IMG/VR virus record: IMGVR_UViG_3300048851_000188
Span: 1 to 34,610 of that record
Strand: one strand, 5' to 3'
Length of the DNA: 34,610 nt
From: a virus
Taxonomy: Duplodnaviria > Caudoviricetes
Position 1 is the first letter of the stretch. Every line of letters begins with the position of its first letter. This document shows positions 18,497 through 27,673 of the stretch, one piece after another. The notes under the pieces were generated by a model that worked only from the letters and a program-made list of their open reading frames with translations, was not told the DNA's origin and did not search any database. The position numbers and the translations under genes were made by a program.

Positions 18497-18855
18497 TCGG
18501 CATGAACGCCTCCACCGGCAAGCTGCTGGAGGGTATCGAGCATCTGCGCCAATCGGTGCAGGACATCCTCGCCACGCCGCTTGGCACCCGCATCGGCCGG
18601 CGCTGGTACGGCTCGCACATCCCCGAGCTGCTCGATCAGCCGCTGAACGATCGCACCCGGCTCGCGCTGGTCGCGGCCGGCGCCCTCGCCCTCATGCGGC
18701 AGGAGCCGCGGATCCGCGCCACGCGCATCACCGTCGAAACCGGCGAGATCGTCGGCAGCGCCGTGCTGCGCATCGTTGGCAAGCGTCTCGACGGCCCTCG
18801 CGTCGGCGCCCCGCTCACCCTCGCCATCCCCGTTCTCGCCGCCAGCGCATCCTGA
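18493..18855 (+). CDS. W: Baseplate protein W (gp25-like)
   Basis: GMNA.TG, HLRQSV.DIL.TP.G.R..RR.YGS, EPRI. Confidence 0.95.
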   Translation: MIGMNASTGKLLEGIEHLRQSVQDILATPLGTRIGRRWYGSHIPELLDQPLNDRTRLALVAAGALALMRQEPRIRATRITVETGEIVGSAVLRIVGKRLDGPRVGAPLTLAIPVLAASAS

Positions 18856-18866
18856 AAGGACCAACC

Positions 18867-20054
18867 ATGGCCGACCGTTACCACCACGGCATTTCCCTGA
18901 CCGAAGTCTCCAACGCACCGCGTATCATCGCGACCGTCGCCACCGCCGTGATCGGCCTGGTCGCCACCGCGCCCGCTGCCGCTGCGGACGCCTTCCCGCT
19001 CGACCGGCCGGTGCTGGTCCGCGACCTCGACGCCGCGATCGTGGCGGCCGGCGCCGGCGGGACGCTTGCCGCAACTCTGTCCGCCATCGCTGCCACCGTC
19101 CGCACGCCCGTTGTGGTCGTTCGGGTCGCTCCCGGTGCGGATGCTGCCGCAACGCAGGCGGCCATCATCGGTGCAAGCGTCAACGGCCAGCGCACCGGCC
19201 TGCAGGCGCTGCTCGGTGCCGAGGCGGCAACCGGCGTCAAGCCGCGGATCCTCGCCGTGCCGGGGCTGGAGAACGCCGAGATCACCCAGGCGCTCGCCGA
19301 GGTGGCCGAGAAGCTGCGCGGCATGTCCTATGCCAAGGCGCTGGGCGACGACGTCGCTGCGGTCGAGGCCTATGCCGGCGGCTTCACCTCGCGCGCCCTC
19401 ATGCTGCTCTGGCCCGACGTCACCGTGCGCCGTGCGGACGGCACCACCGTGCCCAGCTTCGCCGCCGCCCACGCCGTCGCCATGCGCGCGCTGATCGACC
19501 AGGATCAGGGCTGGCACAAGACGCTGTCGAACGTGCCCCTGCCCGCCGTCACGGCCGGCACCAGCGTTGTCGGCATCACCCGCGATGTCACCTTCGACAT
19601 TCAGGATCCCGACTGCGACGCCAACCTGCTGAACGCCGCCAACGTCACCACGCTGGTGCGCATCAACGGCGAGCTGCGCTTCTGGGGCTCGCGCACCACC
19701 GCCAACGACGCGAACTTCGCATTCGAGTCCGCAACCCGCACCGCCCAGATCCTCGCCGATACGATCGCGGGCGGCCTGGTCTGGGCGATCGACAAGCCGC
19801 TGACGCCGGGTCTGGCGCGCGACATCGTCGAGCAGTGCAACGCCAAGTTCCGCGCCATGAAACAGGCGGGCGTGATCTTCGGCGCCCAGGCGGTGTTCGA
19901 TGCCTCCAAGAACCCGGTCGACAAGCTGCGCACCGGCATCCTGACCATCGGCTACCGCTACACGCCGGTACCCCCGCTGGAGCGGCTGAACCTCGTCCAG
20001 GAGATCTCGGACGAGTTCCTGGCCAACTTCGCCGACCTCGTGGCGAACGGCTGA
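18867..20054 (+). CDS. FI: Tail sheath protein FI
   Basis: YHHG, ADAFPL, GVKPRIL.VPG, GWHKTLSNV, RFWGSRT, YTPVPPLE.L. Confidence 0.97.
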   Translation: MADRYHHGISLTEVSNAPRIIATVATAVIGLVATAPAAAADAFPLDRPVLVRDLDAAIVAAGAGGTLAATLSAIAATVRTPVVVVRVAPGADAAATQAAIIGASVNGQRTGLQALLGAEAATGVKPRILAVPGLENAEITQALAEVAEKLRGMSYAKALGDDVAAVEAYAGGFTSRALMLLWPDVTVRRADGTTVPSFAAAHAVAMRALIDQDQGWHKTLSNVPLPAVTAGTSVVGITRDVTFDIQDPDCDANLLNAANVTTLVRINGELRFWGSRTTANDANFAFESATRTAQILADTIAGGLVWAIDKPLTPGLARDIVEQCNAKFRAMKQAGVIFGAQAVFDASKNPVDKLRTGILTIGYRYTPVPPLERLNLVQEISDEFLANFADLVANG

Positions 20055-20057
20055 GCG

Positions 20058-20246
20058 ATGGAGATCCCCAACCGCCTCCTGGTCGTGCTCCTGATCTTCG
20101 GCGTCGTCGTCGCTGCGGTGCTGTGGGGCTGCGGTGTCGTGCCCTGGTGGGCCGCGCCGATAGTCATCCTCGTCGCGCCGGTCGCCGCCTGCGCCGTCCT
20201 CGCCCTGCTGTTCTACGCCGCATGGATCGCGTCGGGCAGCCACTGA
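20058..20246 (+). CDS. Small two-TM membrane protein
   Basis: 62-aa, almost entirely hydrophobic ORF that fills the FI-FII gap on the operon strand. Confidence 0.6.
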   Translation: MEIPNRLLVVLLIFGVVVAAVLWGCGVVPWWAAPIVILVAPVAACAVLALLFYAAWIASGSH

Positions 20247-20267
20247 CCTCCCGAAAGGAATCGACAC

Positions 20268-20777
20268 ATGAGCTTCCCCGAAAAACTGAAGAAGGCCGAC
20301 CTGTTCGTCGACGGCCGCTGGGTTGCCGAACACACCTCGGTCACCCTCCCCAAGCTTGGCCGCAAGCTGGAAGAGCATCGCGGCGGCGGGATGGACCGCC
20401 CCGTCAAGGTCGACATGGGCGGTGAGGCGCTGGAGGCGGAGTGGACCTGCGGCGGTTGGGTGCGCGACCTGATCATGGGCTTCGGCCACGAACGGCTCGA
20501 AGGCATCCAGATGCGGTTTACCGCTGCCGCCCAGGACGATGCCACGGGCGCCGTTCACAGCTGGGAAGCAATCCTCGGCGGTCGCCACGAAGAGATCGAC
20601 ATGGGCGAAAGCAAGCCCGGCGAGGATACGGAGATGAAGGGCAAGACCGCCGTCGTCTTCTACCAGCTCACCCGCGACGGCGAGGAGCTGGTCTACATCG
20701 ACGTCCTCAACACGATCGAGCGCATCGGCGGTGTCGACCGCATGGAAGCACACCGCGCCGCCCTCGGCCGCCTCTGA
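20268..20777 (+). CDS. FII: Tail tube protein FII
   Basis: P.KLK, VTLPKL.RKLEE.RGGGM, EIDMG, IDVLN.IE...GVD.M..HR.ALG. Confidence 0.96.
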   Translation: MSFPEKLKKADLFVDGRWVAEHTSVTLPKLGRKLEEHRGGGMDRPVKVDMGGEALEAEWTCGGWVRDLIMGFGHERLEGIQMRFTAAAQDDATGAVHSWEAILGGRHEEIDMGESKPGEDTEMKGKTAVVFYQLTRDGEELVYIDVLNTIERIGGVDRMEAHRAALGRL

Positions 20778-20834
20778 TCACCGGCCCCGGCCGCGCGCCG
20801 GGGCTACCCCTGTTCCCGCATCTAGGATCATCCC

Positions 20835-21146
20835 ATGTCTGCTATCTTTTCCAGTTTCGCTCTTCAGGCTGCAATCTCCGTCGCGGGCGCTGTCGTGCAT
20901 GATGCCGGCACCCAGATCGAGGTGCGCAAGCCCGGTGCCGGCGAGATGCGCGGCCTGTCGGTCAACCCGCTCATCCAGGGCGACTACACCTCGCTCGAAT
21001 CGCTGGCCGCCCGCATCACCAAGCCGCAGCTGTCCAAGCAGCACTTCGCCGCGCTGGACCCGGCGGACCTGACCCAGTTCCACCTCGAAGTTCTGGATTT
21101 TTTGCTGCCGTCGAGCGCGAAGCAGGCAGTCTCCCCGACCGAGTAG
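20835..21146 (+). CDS. E: Tail assembly chaperone E
   Basis: RKP.AG.MRG, RIT.P.L, LDPADL, terminal DFLLP. Confidence 0.9.
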   Translation: MSAIFSSFALQAAISVAGAVVHDAGTQIEVRKPGAGEMRGLSVNPLIQGDYTSLESLAARITKPQLSKQHFAALDPADLTQFHLEVLDFLLPSSAKQAVSPTE

Positions 21147-21280
21147 AGCCCATCATGGCGGACATCTGGTGGGTGCTGCGCGGGCAGCCCGACCTGCAGG
21201 CGATGTCCGCCATGTCGATCCCCGAACTGATGGATTGGCACCGCCTGGCGGCCGAGCGCGCGCCCAAGAAGGAAAAGTGA
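21098..21280 (+). CDS. E' extension reached by programmed -1 frameshift at TTTTTTG (E+E')
   Basis: TTTTTTG at 21098-21104; the -1 frame stays open to TGA 21278-21280 and encodes MADI.......M...ELM.W...A.ER, the gpE' motif. Confidence 0.88.
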   Translation, partial: FFAAVEREAGSLPDRVEPIMADIWWVLRGQPDLQAMSAMSIPELMDWHRLAAERAPKKEK

Positions 21281-21281
21281 C

Positions 21282-23883
21282 GTGGCCGATCGCGACATGA
21301 AGATCCGCATGCTGCTCGCCGCCAGCGACCGCGTCAGCCGCCCGTTGCGCGACATCGCCGGCGGGTCGCGCGCCGCCACCGAGGCGCTGCGCGGCACGCG
21401 CGAGCGCCTGCGCGAAGTCGACCGTGCTCAGGAACAGCTGAACAGCTTCACCACCCTGCGCGCCGGCATGCGGTCGTCGGCCGCTGCAATGCGAGCGGCC
21501 GAACAGCGGGCCGCAGCGCTCGGTCGCGAGATCGAGCAGACCGCCAAGCCTACCCGCGCAATGAAGCGCGAGTTTGCCGAAGCGACCCGCGCGGCCGAGC
21601 AGCTGGCCAACAGCCACCCGCCACGACGTGCAGCAGCTGCGCGAGCTGCGCACCGCCCTCCAGGCGGCCGGCGCCAACACCCGCGACCTGGCGGACTACG
21701 AGCGCAATCTGGCCGACCGCTACGCCAACACCAACCGCGAGCTGGCTGAGCAGGAACGCCGCCTGGAGCGGGTCGCCAACCGCGAGCAGCGCATGGGCGC
21801 GGCACGCGATCGGTTCAGCCGCACCATGGGTGCGGCCGGCAATGTCGCCGGCGCCGGCATGGGCATGCTCGCGACCGCGGGCGCCATGGCGCTGCCGATC
21901 GTCGCCGGCATCCAGGGGGCGCAGGAATACGAATCGAAGATGACCGACATCGGTCAGAAGGCGAACCTCACCCGCGCCGAAACGGGCCGCATGGGCGCGG
22001 ATCTGCTGAAGGCCGCGCGCGCCGCCAACCAGCTACCCGAGGCGATGCAGGGCGGCGTCGATACGCTGTCGGGCTTCGGCCTCGATCCGCGCCAGGCGAC
22101 CGCGATGATGCAGCCGATCGGGCGCGCAGCCACCGCCTACAAGGCCGAGATCTCGGATCTCGCTGCCGCAAGCTTCGCGGCGCATGACAACCTGAAGATC
22201 GCGCTCAGCGATACCCAGCGCATGATCGATGGCATGGCCGCCGCGGGCAAGGCGGGCGCCTTCGAGATGAAGGATATGGCGCAGCACTTCCCGACGCTGA
22301 CCGCCGCCTACCAAGGCCTCGGCCAGACCGGAGTGGCCGCCGGCGTCGACCTGTCGGCCGCGCTCCAGATCACCCGCAAGGGTGCCGGCGACAGCGCGAC
22401 CGCGGCCGGCAACCTCAACAACGTCCTGCAGAAGATCACGTCGCCGGCCACGGTACGCGCGTTCAAGAAGCTGGGCGTGGATCTGCCGAAGTCGCTGAAG
22501 CGGATGTATGCCGAGGGCAAGACGCCCATCGAGGCCATCTCGGAGCTGACGAACAAGACGCTGAAGGGCGACCTGTCGCGGCTCGGCTACCTGTTCGAGG
22601 ATGCTCAGGTGCAGCAGGGCCTGCGCCCGCTCATCCAGAACATGGAGGAATATCGGCGGATCCGCAGTGAGGCGATGAACGCCAGCGGCACCACCGACGC
22701 GGACTTCGCCGAGCGCATGCGCGACAGCGCCGAGCAGACCAAGCAGCTGACCGTCAACGCGGCCACGCTCGGCATCCAGCTCGGCACCGTCCTGCTGCCC
22801 ACTGTCAACGATCTGCTGGGCAAGGCGTCCGCCATGGCGTCGCGCCTCGGCGACTGGTCGCAGCGTCACCCGGCGCTCACCAAGGCGATCGTCGTCGGCA
22901 CCGTGGCGCTTACCGCTATGATGGGCGCCGCTGCCCTGCTGACCCTGGCCTATGCCGCGATGATGGGGCCGATGGCGCTGTTTGGCGCGTTGTCGACCGC
23001 CACCGGCATCGCGATGCTGCCGATGATCGGCATCATCCTCGCCGTCGTCGCCGCGGTCGCCCTGCTCGCCTATGGCGCGTACCAGGTCTACAACAACTGG
23101 GGCGCGATCACCGGCTTCTTTGGCGGGATCTGGGAGCGCATCCGCTCGACCTTCACCTCGAACTGGGCGTTCATCCGCAACCTGCTGCTCGGCGCCCTGG
23201 TCATCTTCATGCCGCCCGTCGCTGCGCTGATGCTGGTGGCAAAAGCGGTCTACGACAACTGGGGCGCGATCCGCTCGGGCTTCATGGCCGGCGTCGCCTT
23301 CCTCGCCGGCATCGTCGGTCCCGTGGTGCAGCCGCTGCTGAACATCCTCGGTTTCATGGGCGGGCTCTACCTGCGGTTTTCGCAGATGGGCCTGCACCTG
23401 ATCCAGGGGCTGGGTCGCGGAATCCTTTCCGGTGTCGGATGGGTGCTGAAGCTGATCACCAACGTCGCCACCACGATCGGGGGTGCCTTCGCGCGAGCAA
23501 TGGGCATCAAGTCGCCCTCGCGCGTGTTCATGGCCTACGGCGGCCACCTCATGGCCGGGCTGCACAACGGGATCGACAACGATGCCGACGCGCCGGTCGG
23601 ACGCATGACGCGGCTGTCGCGCGACCTGACGCAAGCCCTCGCGGTCACAGCGGCGACGCCAGCGCTGGCAGCCGCTGGCGTTGCGCCTGGCGCCGGCAGC
23701 GCGCCGGCGGCGGCGCGTGCCGCTCCGCCCGCGCCCATGACCGTCACGATCCACATCAACGGCGCCAACCGCGATCCGCAGGACATCGCCGCCGCCGTGG
23801 AGCAGGCGCTTGCTCGCGTCGATGCCGCCCGCCGCGCTGACAGCTATTCCGCGTTCGCAGACGCCCCGGATTGGAGCAACTGA
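21282..23883 (+). pseudogene. T: Tape measure protein T, split by a +1 frameshift near 21618
   Basis: The N-terminal ORF (A.DR.SRPL) and the long Ala-rich ORF ending ...GIKSPSRVF join if one C is removed from CACCCGCCAC. Confidence 0.88.
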
Positions 23884-24272
23884 TGCTGATGTCGCTGGGG
23901 ATGTTCCCCTTCTCGCTCGACACCCTCGCGCATGAGGATCTGTCGCGCCGCACCGCCTGGCGTCATCCCACGTCGCAGCGCATCGGCCAGCGTGACGCGA
24001 CGCAATTCGTCGGTCCCGGCGAGGAAACAATCTCGATCGGCGGAACGGCCTATGCCGAGCTGACGGATGGCCGCGCCAGTCTCGATCAGCTGCGCGCCAT
24101 GGCGAACACCGGCGATGCTTGGCCGCTGGTCGACGGCGCCGGCATGGTCTTCGGCGCCTTCGTCATCCAGACGCTCGACGAACGGCACAAGCACCTGTTC
24201 GCCGATGGCACCCCGCGCTCGATCGACTTCCAGCTCGAACTGCTGCGCGTCGACAGCGAGCAGCCGGCATGA
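23883..24272 (+). CDS. U: Tail protein U
   Basis: MSLG.F.F, R.G....QFVGPG.E.I, WPLVDG.G, DGTPR.IDF.L.L.RVD. Confidence 0.94.
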   Translation: MLMSLGMFPFSLDTLAHEDLSRRTAWRHPTSQRIGQRDATQFVGPGEETISIGGTAYAELTDGRASLDQLRAMANTGDAWPLVDGAGMVFGAFVIQTLDERHKHLFADGTPRSIDFQLELLRVDSEQPA

Positions 24273-25291
24273 TCGCCAACATCCCCGACTATCGCGTGGA
24301 GGTGGACGGCGTCGACATCACCCCGCGTTTGCGCGACCCCGTTCCGGCCAACCGGAATCGCCCCCGCCTGATTTCGCTCGGTCTGACAGACAAGCGCGGC
24401 AATGAAGCCGACCAGCTCGACCTGGTGCTTGATGACAGCGACGGTGCCTTCAACCTGCCGCGCACCGGCGCCGTGATTCGCGTGCAGCTGGGCTGGAAGC
24501 AAGGCAGCGACGTCACGGTCGGCCTGGTCGACAAGGGCACCTTCATCGTCGACGAGGTGTCGCACACCGGCCCGCCCGACGTGATCACCGTTCGCGCCCG
24601 CGCTGCCGACTTCACCGGCGCCATGCGCGTCCGCCGAGAGCGCAGCTGGCGCGGCACCACGCTGGGCGCGATCGTCGCCGACGTTGCCCGCGCGCATGGG
24701 CTGACGCCGCGTTGTGCGCCCGCCCTGGCATCGATCCCGGTCACAACCAAGGCACAGAGCCGGGAGAGCGATCTCGCCTTCCTGCGCCGCCTGGGGCGCG
24801 ATCACGATGCTGCCGCGACGATCAAGCGGGGCAACCTGGTGCTGGCACCGCTCGGCAAGGCGGCGACCATCTCGGGCGTGAACCTGCCGGCGCTGACCAT
24901 TCACCGACGCGACGGCGATCGGCACGACTACCAGGTGCAGAAGCAAGAGGAGGTCACCGGCGTCACCGCCAGCTGGCACGATCGCGGCGCGGCGAAGAAA
25001 AAGACGGTGACCGTCGGCAAGGCGGATGGCGCGCGCAGGCTGTCCCGCACCTATGCCACCGAAGCGGACGCCGAGGCGGCGGCGCAGGCCGAGAGCAGCC
25101 GCGCCGCACGCCAGCCGCGCACGCTCGCGCTAAATCTTGCGCTCGGGCGTGCCGACATCAAGCCCGAACAGCGGGTCACCGCTTCCGGATTCAAGCAGGC
25201 GATCGACGTCCAGCGCTGGGTCGTTGCCGAGGTCTCCCACGCGCTGGGAGATCGTGGTTTCACTACCCAGGTAAAGCTGGAGGCCGCTTAG
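24269..25291 (+). CDS. D: Baseplate hub / late control protein D
   Basis: LTD.RG.EADQL, DKG.F.VDEV.H.GPPD, Q..ESD..FL.RL. Confidence 0.95.
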   Translation: MIANIPDYRVEVDGVDITPRLRDPVPANRNRPRLISLGLTDKRGNEADQLDLVLDDSDGAFNLPRTGAVIRVQLGWKQGSDVTVGLVDKGTFIVDEVSHTGPPDVITVRARAADFTGAMRVRRERSWRGTTLGAIVADVARAHGLTPRCAPALASIPVTTKAQSRESDLAFLRRLGRDHDAAATIKRGNLVLAPLGKAATISGVNLPALTIHRRDGDRHDYQVQKQEEVTGVTASWHDRGAAKKKTVTVGKADGARRLSRTYATEADAEAAAQAESSRAARQPRTLALNLALGRADIKPEQRVTASGFKQAIDVQRWVVAEVSHALGDRGFTTQVKLEAA

Positions 25292-25306
25292 GCAGTACCT
25301 AGGAGG

Positions 25307-25336
25307 AACGACCGCTAGCGCCCGATAGCGGTCGTT
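25307..25336 (+). repeat. 30-nt hairpin repeat R1
   Basis: AACGACCGCTA-GCGCCCGA-TAGCGGTCGTT, perfect 11-bp stem. Confidence 0.7.
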
Positions 25337-25360
25337 AGATTTGATCGGTAAGCTTCGAGG

Positions 25361-25735
25361 ATGAAGGTCCAATTCTCCTCATTGGCATGCATCGCCCTGC
25401 TATCCGCATGCGAGCCCCGCGCGGTGCAGATCGCCAATGATCGTTGTTGGGACGTGAAGCCCGGCGACAGGGTCGATGGCAAGCTCACCGTTGTGGGCTT
25501 GGTGGATGAAAGTGTGATCGAGGGTGGTTCGTATATCCAGAACACCGCCTGCCCTGCGAAGACAACGGGTCTCGCGATCCCGAGCGGCCCGATGCTCGAT
25601 AGCTACAAACGGAGGATGAGGACCGATCCTCCGCGATTTGTCGAACATCGATTTTTGGTGAGCGGCCGCATCTTCAAGAGCTCGGGAAGCGATCGTCTCT
25701 TAATCATGGCGGAGAGTTTACAGCCTGCACCGTGA
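25361..25735 (+). CDS. Putative lipoprotein (moron)
   Basis: MKVQFSSLACIALLSAC lipobox; GAGG directly upstream. Confidence 0.72.
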   Translation: MKVQFSSLACIALLSACEPRAVQIANDRCWDVKPGDRVDGKLTVVGLVDESVIEGGSYIQNTACPAKTTGLAIPSGPMLDSYKRRMRTDPPRFVEHRFLVSGRIFKSSGSDRLLIMAESLQPAP

Positions 25736-25826
25736 ATGGCAGCAAACCACCCACTTGTCGCCGTTCCTCGCGGTGCAACCGCGACCCCAGAAGCGGACCG
25801 GCAGGAAGCGCCCACTAGCGGACGTC
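25735..25826 (+). repeat. Degenerate hairpin repeats R2 (25735-25765) and R3 (25797-25826)
   Basis: AATGGCAGCAAACCACCCACTTGTCGCCGTT and ACCGGCAGGAAGCGCCCACTAGCGGACGTC align with R1. Confidence 0.55.
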
Positions 25827-25874
25827 GGTGGGTCGGTGACTTGTTCCTAAATTCAGACACCAACTACGTTCGGT

Positions 25875-26483
25875 CTATCGCTGCTCGGCCTGCAGAATGG
25901 CTCGAATTGCGTGAGCTTGCTCGCTCTCCGCCTCATAGATGAAAGCGCTGGAGCACGGCGCCTGAAGAAGTGTCAGAGCGTTCACATCCGGGCTGGGCAA
26001 AATCGTGGCGCTTGGGCCTCGGAGGGGCGGCTTGTCCGAGGTAGGTCGACGTAGCGCAATCAAGTAGCGTCCGGGCTTGATCTGATCCGGTTCGCCGAAG
26101 GTTGAATTATCCCAAGTGACGGATACGGCGGCTAGCGCCTCGCCGACTAGCACTTGTTCGACCTGAATTTCGAAGCGGGCATAATCAGGCAGCAATCGCT
26201 GCTTCGGATCCTGATACAAGTTGCGCACATCCGCAGGCAATTTCGGAGACGACAGCATGCGTGTGCGGAAAGCTTCGTCGCGCACAATCCGGTAATCAGC
26301 GATGCGACCGATGACCACGACATCTGCGTAGCGTACGTCCTCCAGTTTCGGAGATACGAACATGCGACAGGCATGAGCCGAGCCAGACGCGCTCCCGATC
26401 AGCGCTGCGACGGCAGCGCAGCGCACGAGTGACCAATTTCTCTTCGAGTCCCGCATGGAGTTGGGCCAATCGACTGTTGTCAC
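25875..26483 (-). CDS. Secreted hypothetical protein (possible TIMP/NTR-like OB fold)
   Basis: Signal peptide ending AHA-C, then ADVVVIGRI, F.VEQVL.G, G.YLI.L. The true start may be ATG 26456. Confidence 0.72.
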   Translation of the reverse strand: MTTVDWPNSMRDSKRNWSLVRCAAVAALIGSASGSAHACRMFVSPKLEDVRYADVVVIGRIADYRIVRDEAFRTRMLSSPKLPADVRNLYQDPKQRLLPDYARFEIQVEQVLVGEALAAVSVTWDNSTFGEPDQIKPGRYLIALRRPTSDKPPLRGPSATILPSPDVNALTLLQAPCSSAFIYEAESEQAHAIRAILQAEQR

Positions 26484-26509
26484 AAGCCAGAGTGTGGACC
26501 CAACAATTT

Positions 26510-26575
26510 AACGGCCGCTTTCTAATCCGAGAGTTCGAAAAGCAGAATGACCGCTAACCACCAATCCCGGCCGTT
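26510..26575 (+). repeat. Degenerate hairpin repeat R4 (26546-26575) preceded by a half copy
   Basis: AATGACCGCTAACCACCAATCCCGGCCGTT; half copy AACGGCCGCTTTC at 26510. Confidence 0.55.
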
Positions 26576-26786
26576 CCAGGCGGAGAGACCCTCCGCCGCG
26601 GTTCAGAAAACTTTGCCGAATCCAAGGACCACGAGCCGTCGGCCTGACGCAATACCCCTGCCGTACCCCGACGTGATCGGCTGCTGAGCTTCCCTACCGT
26701 TCGACATACCTTGTTTCACGCCTGCCCCTACCCCCGAACGAGATCGACGCGAAGAGGCCAGCGGTCGGCCCTCAGCGGCCCAGGAT

Positions 26787-27662
26787 CTAAAACTTCCGGT
26801 GAGTGCCAGGACCGGTAGATTCGGGTTGAGCGTCGGCACCCGTTTCTGCCTTAGGTGGACGCCCCGCTATGGGGGCATCATCGTTCGCAGCTCGGCTCAT
26901 TGCTTCAAAGTCTAGCGGACGAGCAGAAAGGTATTCTTCTGCTGTAAGCTCGCGTGTCGTCGCTAATCTCACAACAACATTTGGACACCACGCCTTGTCC
27001 AGCTTGCCTGTCATCAGCGGAATCATGGTCGCCGCCCAAGCTGCTCGCTGAGACGGGGTAGCAGTCACCGGCATGATACAGATGATGTCGATGCTGGGCG
27101 GGCGATCCACGTCATCCGCAACAACACGCAGTTCCTCAATTGCATCAACGAATCTACCTTCGTCGCTGTCCTTACCGGCGCGCGCTTTGATCCAGTCGCG
27201 CAATTTGTCGAACGCTGTAGCCCACAAATCGGGGAACGCATGCCGCGCCCTCTGGCGTCCAAGGGCGAATGAACAGTGCGATCTTGATTCTCGATCTTGG
27301 GGCGCCGGGACCCTCGTCCATTTGGATAAGACAGCCCTGTCGTAGGTCGCCGTCAGCTCCAGATCTGCTACCAAGTTTCGATGGCTAAGGGCAGGAACAT
27401 ATAAATAACGCGGCCTACGAAATTTGCGCACCTCCTCGACAAAACGCGCGTTTTGTTCGACCAGACCAGCAACTTGGATCAAGGCCGGCGATCCCGGGAG
27501 GGATGACCCATTCACGATGTCGCACGTCTGCGAAGTTATAACCACGCCCGCAACGCGGAGATCGATGATCTCGTTCTCCGCATTGACGTGGGGCAGAGCG
27601 TCTACATCGAGCGAAGCATCGCCCTGCCCCCATTCAGCGAAGTTCTCTTCCTCTGTGGACAT
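26787..27662 (-). CDS. Hypothetical protein with PemK/MazF-like N-terminal region (SQTCD motif), putative toxin
   Basis: GVVITSQTCDI, IQVA.L, VADL, R.R.AFPD. The fold assignment is an inference. Confidence 0.6.
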   Translation of the reverse strand: MSTEEENFAEWGQGDASLDVDALPHVNAENEIIDLRVAGVVITSQTCDIVNGSSLPGSPALIQVAGLVEQNARFVEEVRKFRRPRYLYVPALSHRNLVADLELTATYDRAVLSKWTRVPAPQDRESRSHCSFALGRQRARHAFPDLWATAFDKLRDWIKARAGKDSDEGRFVDAIEELRVVADDVDRPPSIDIICIMPVTATPSQRAAWAATMIPLMTGKLDKAWCPNVVVRLATTRELTAEEYLSARPLDFEAMSRAANDDAPIAGRPPKAETGADAQPESTGPGTHRKF

Positions 27663-27673
27663 GCGGTGCCGGC

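Noticed and set aside
3935-24268. Long N-terminal extensions on O, Rz, S, J, I, H, tailspike and D in the ORF track
   Set aside because: They overlap upstream genes or promoters; downstream ATGs match family N-termini and coupled stop/start junctions.
127-25302. Many long overlapping ORFs in the track (e.g. 859-2244 +, 8457-10013 -, 17116-18918 -, 18636-20753 -, 22033-24030 -)
   Set aside because: Shadow frames of GC-rich genes: Arg/Ala/Pro-rich or antisense-type composition, no motifs, fully overlapping well-supported phage genes.
25307-26575. Classical integron attC sites
   Set aside because: Repeats are ~30 nt, lack the RYYYAAC/GTTRRRY R-box and L-box architecture, and the only tyrosine recombinase is a phage integrase, not IntI.
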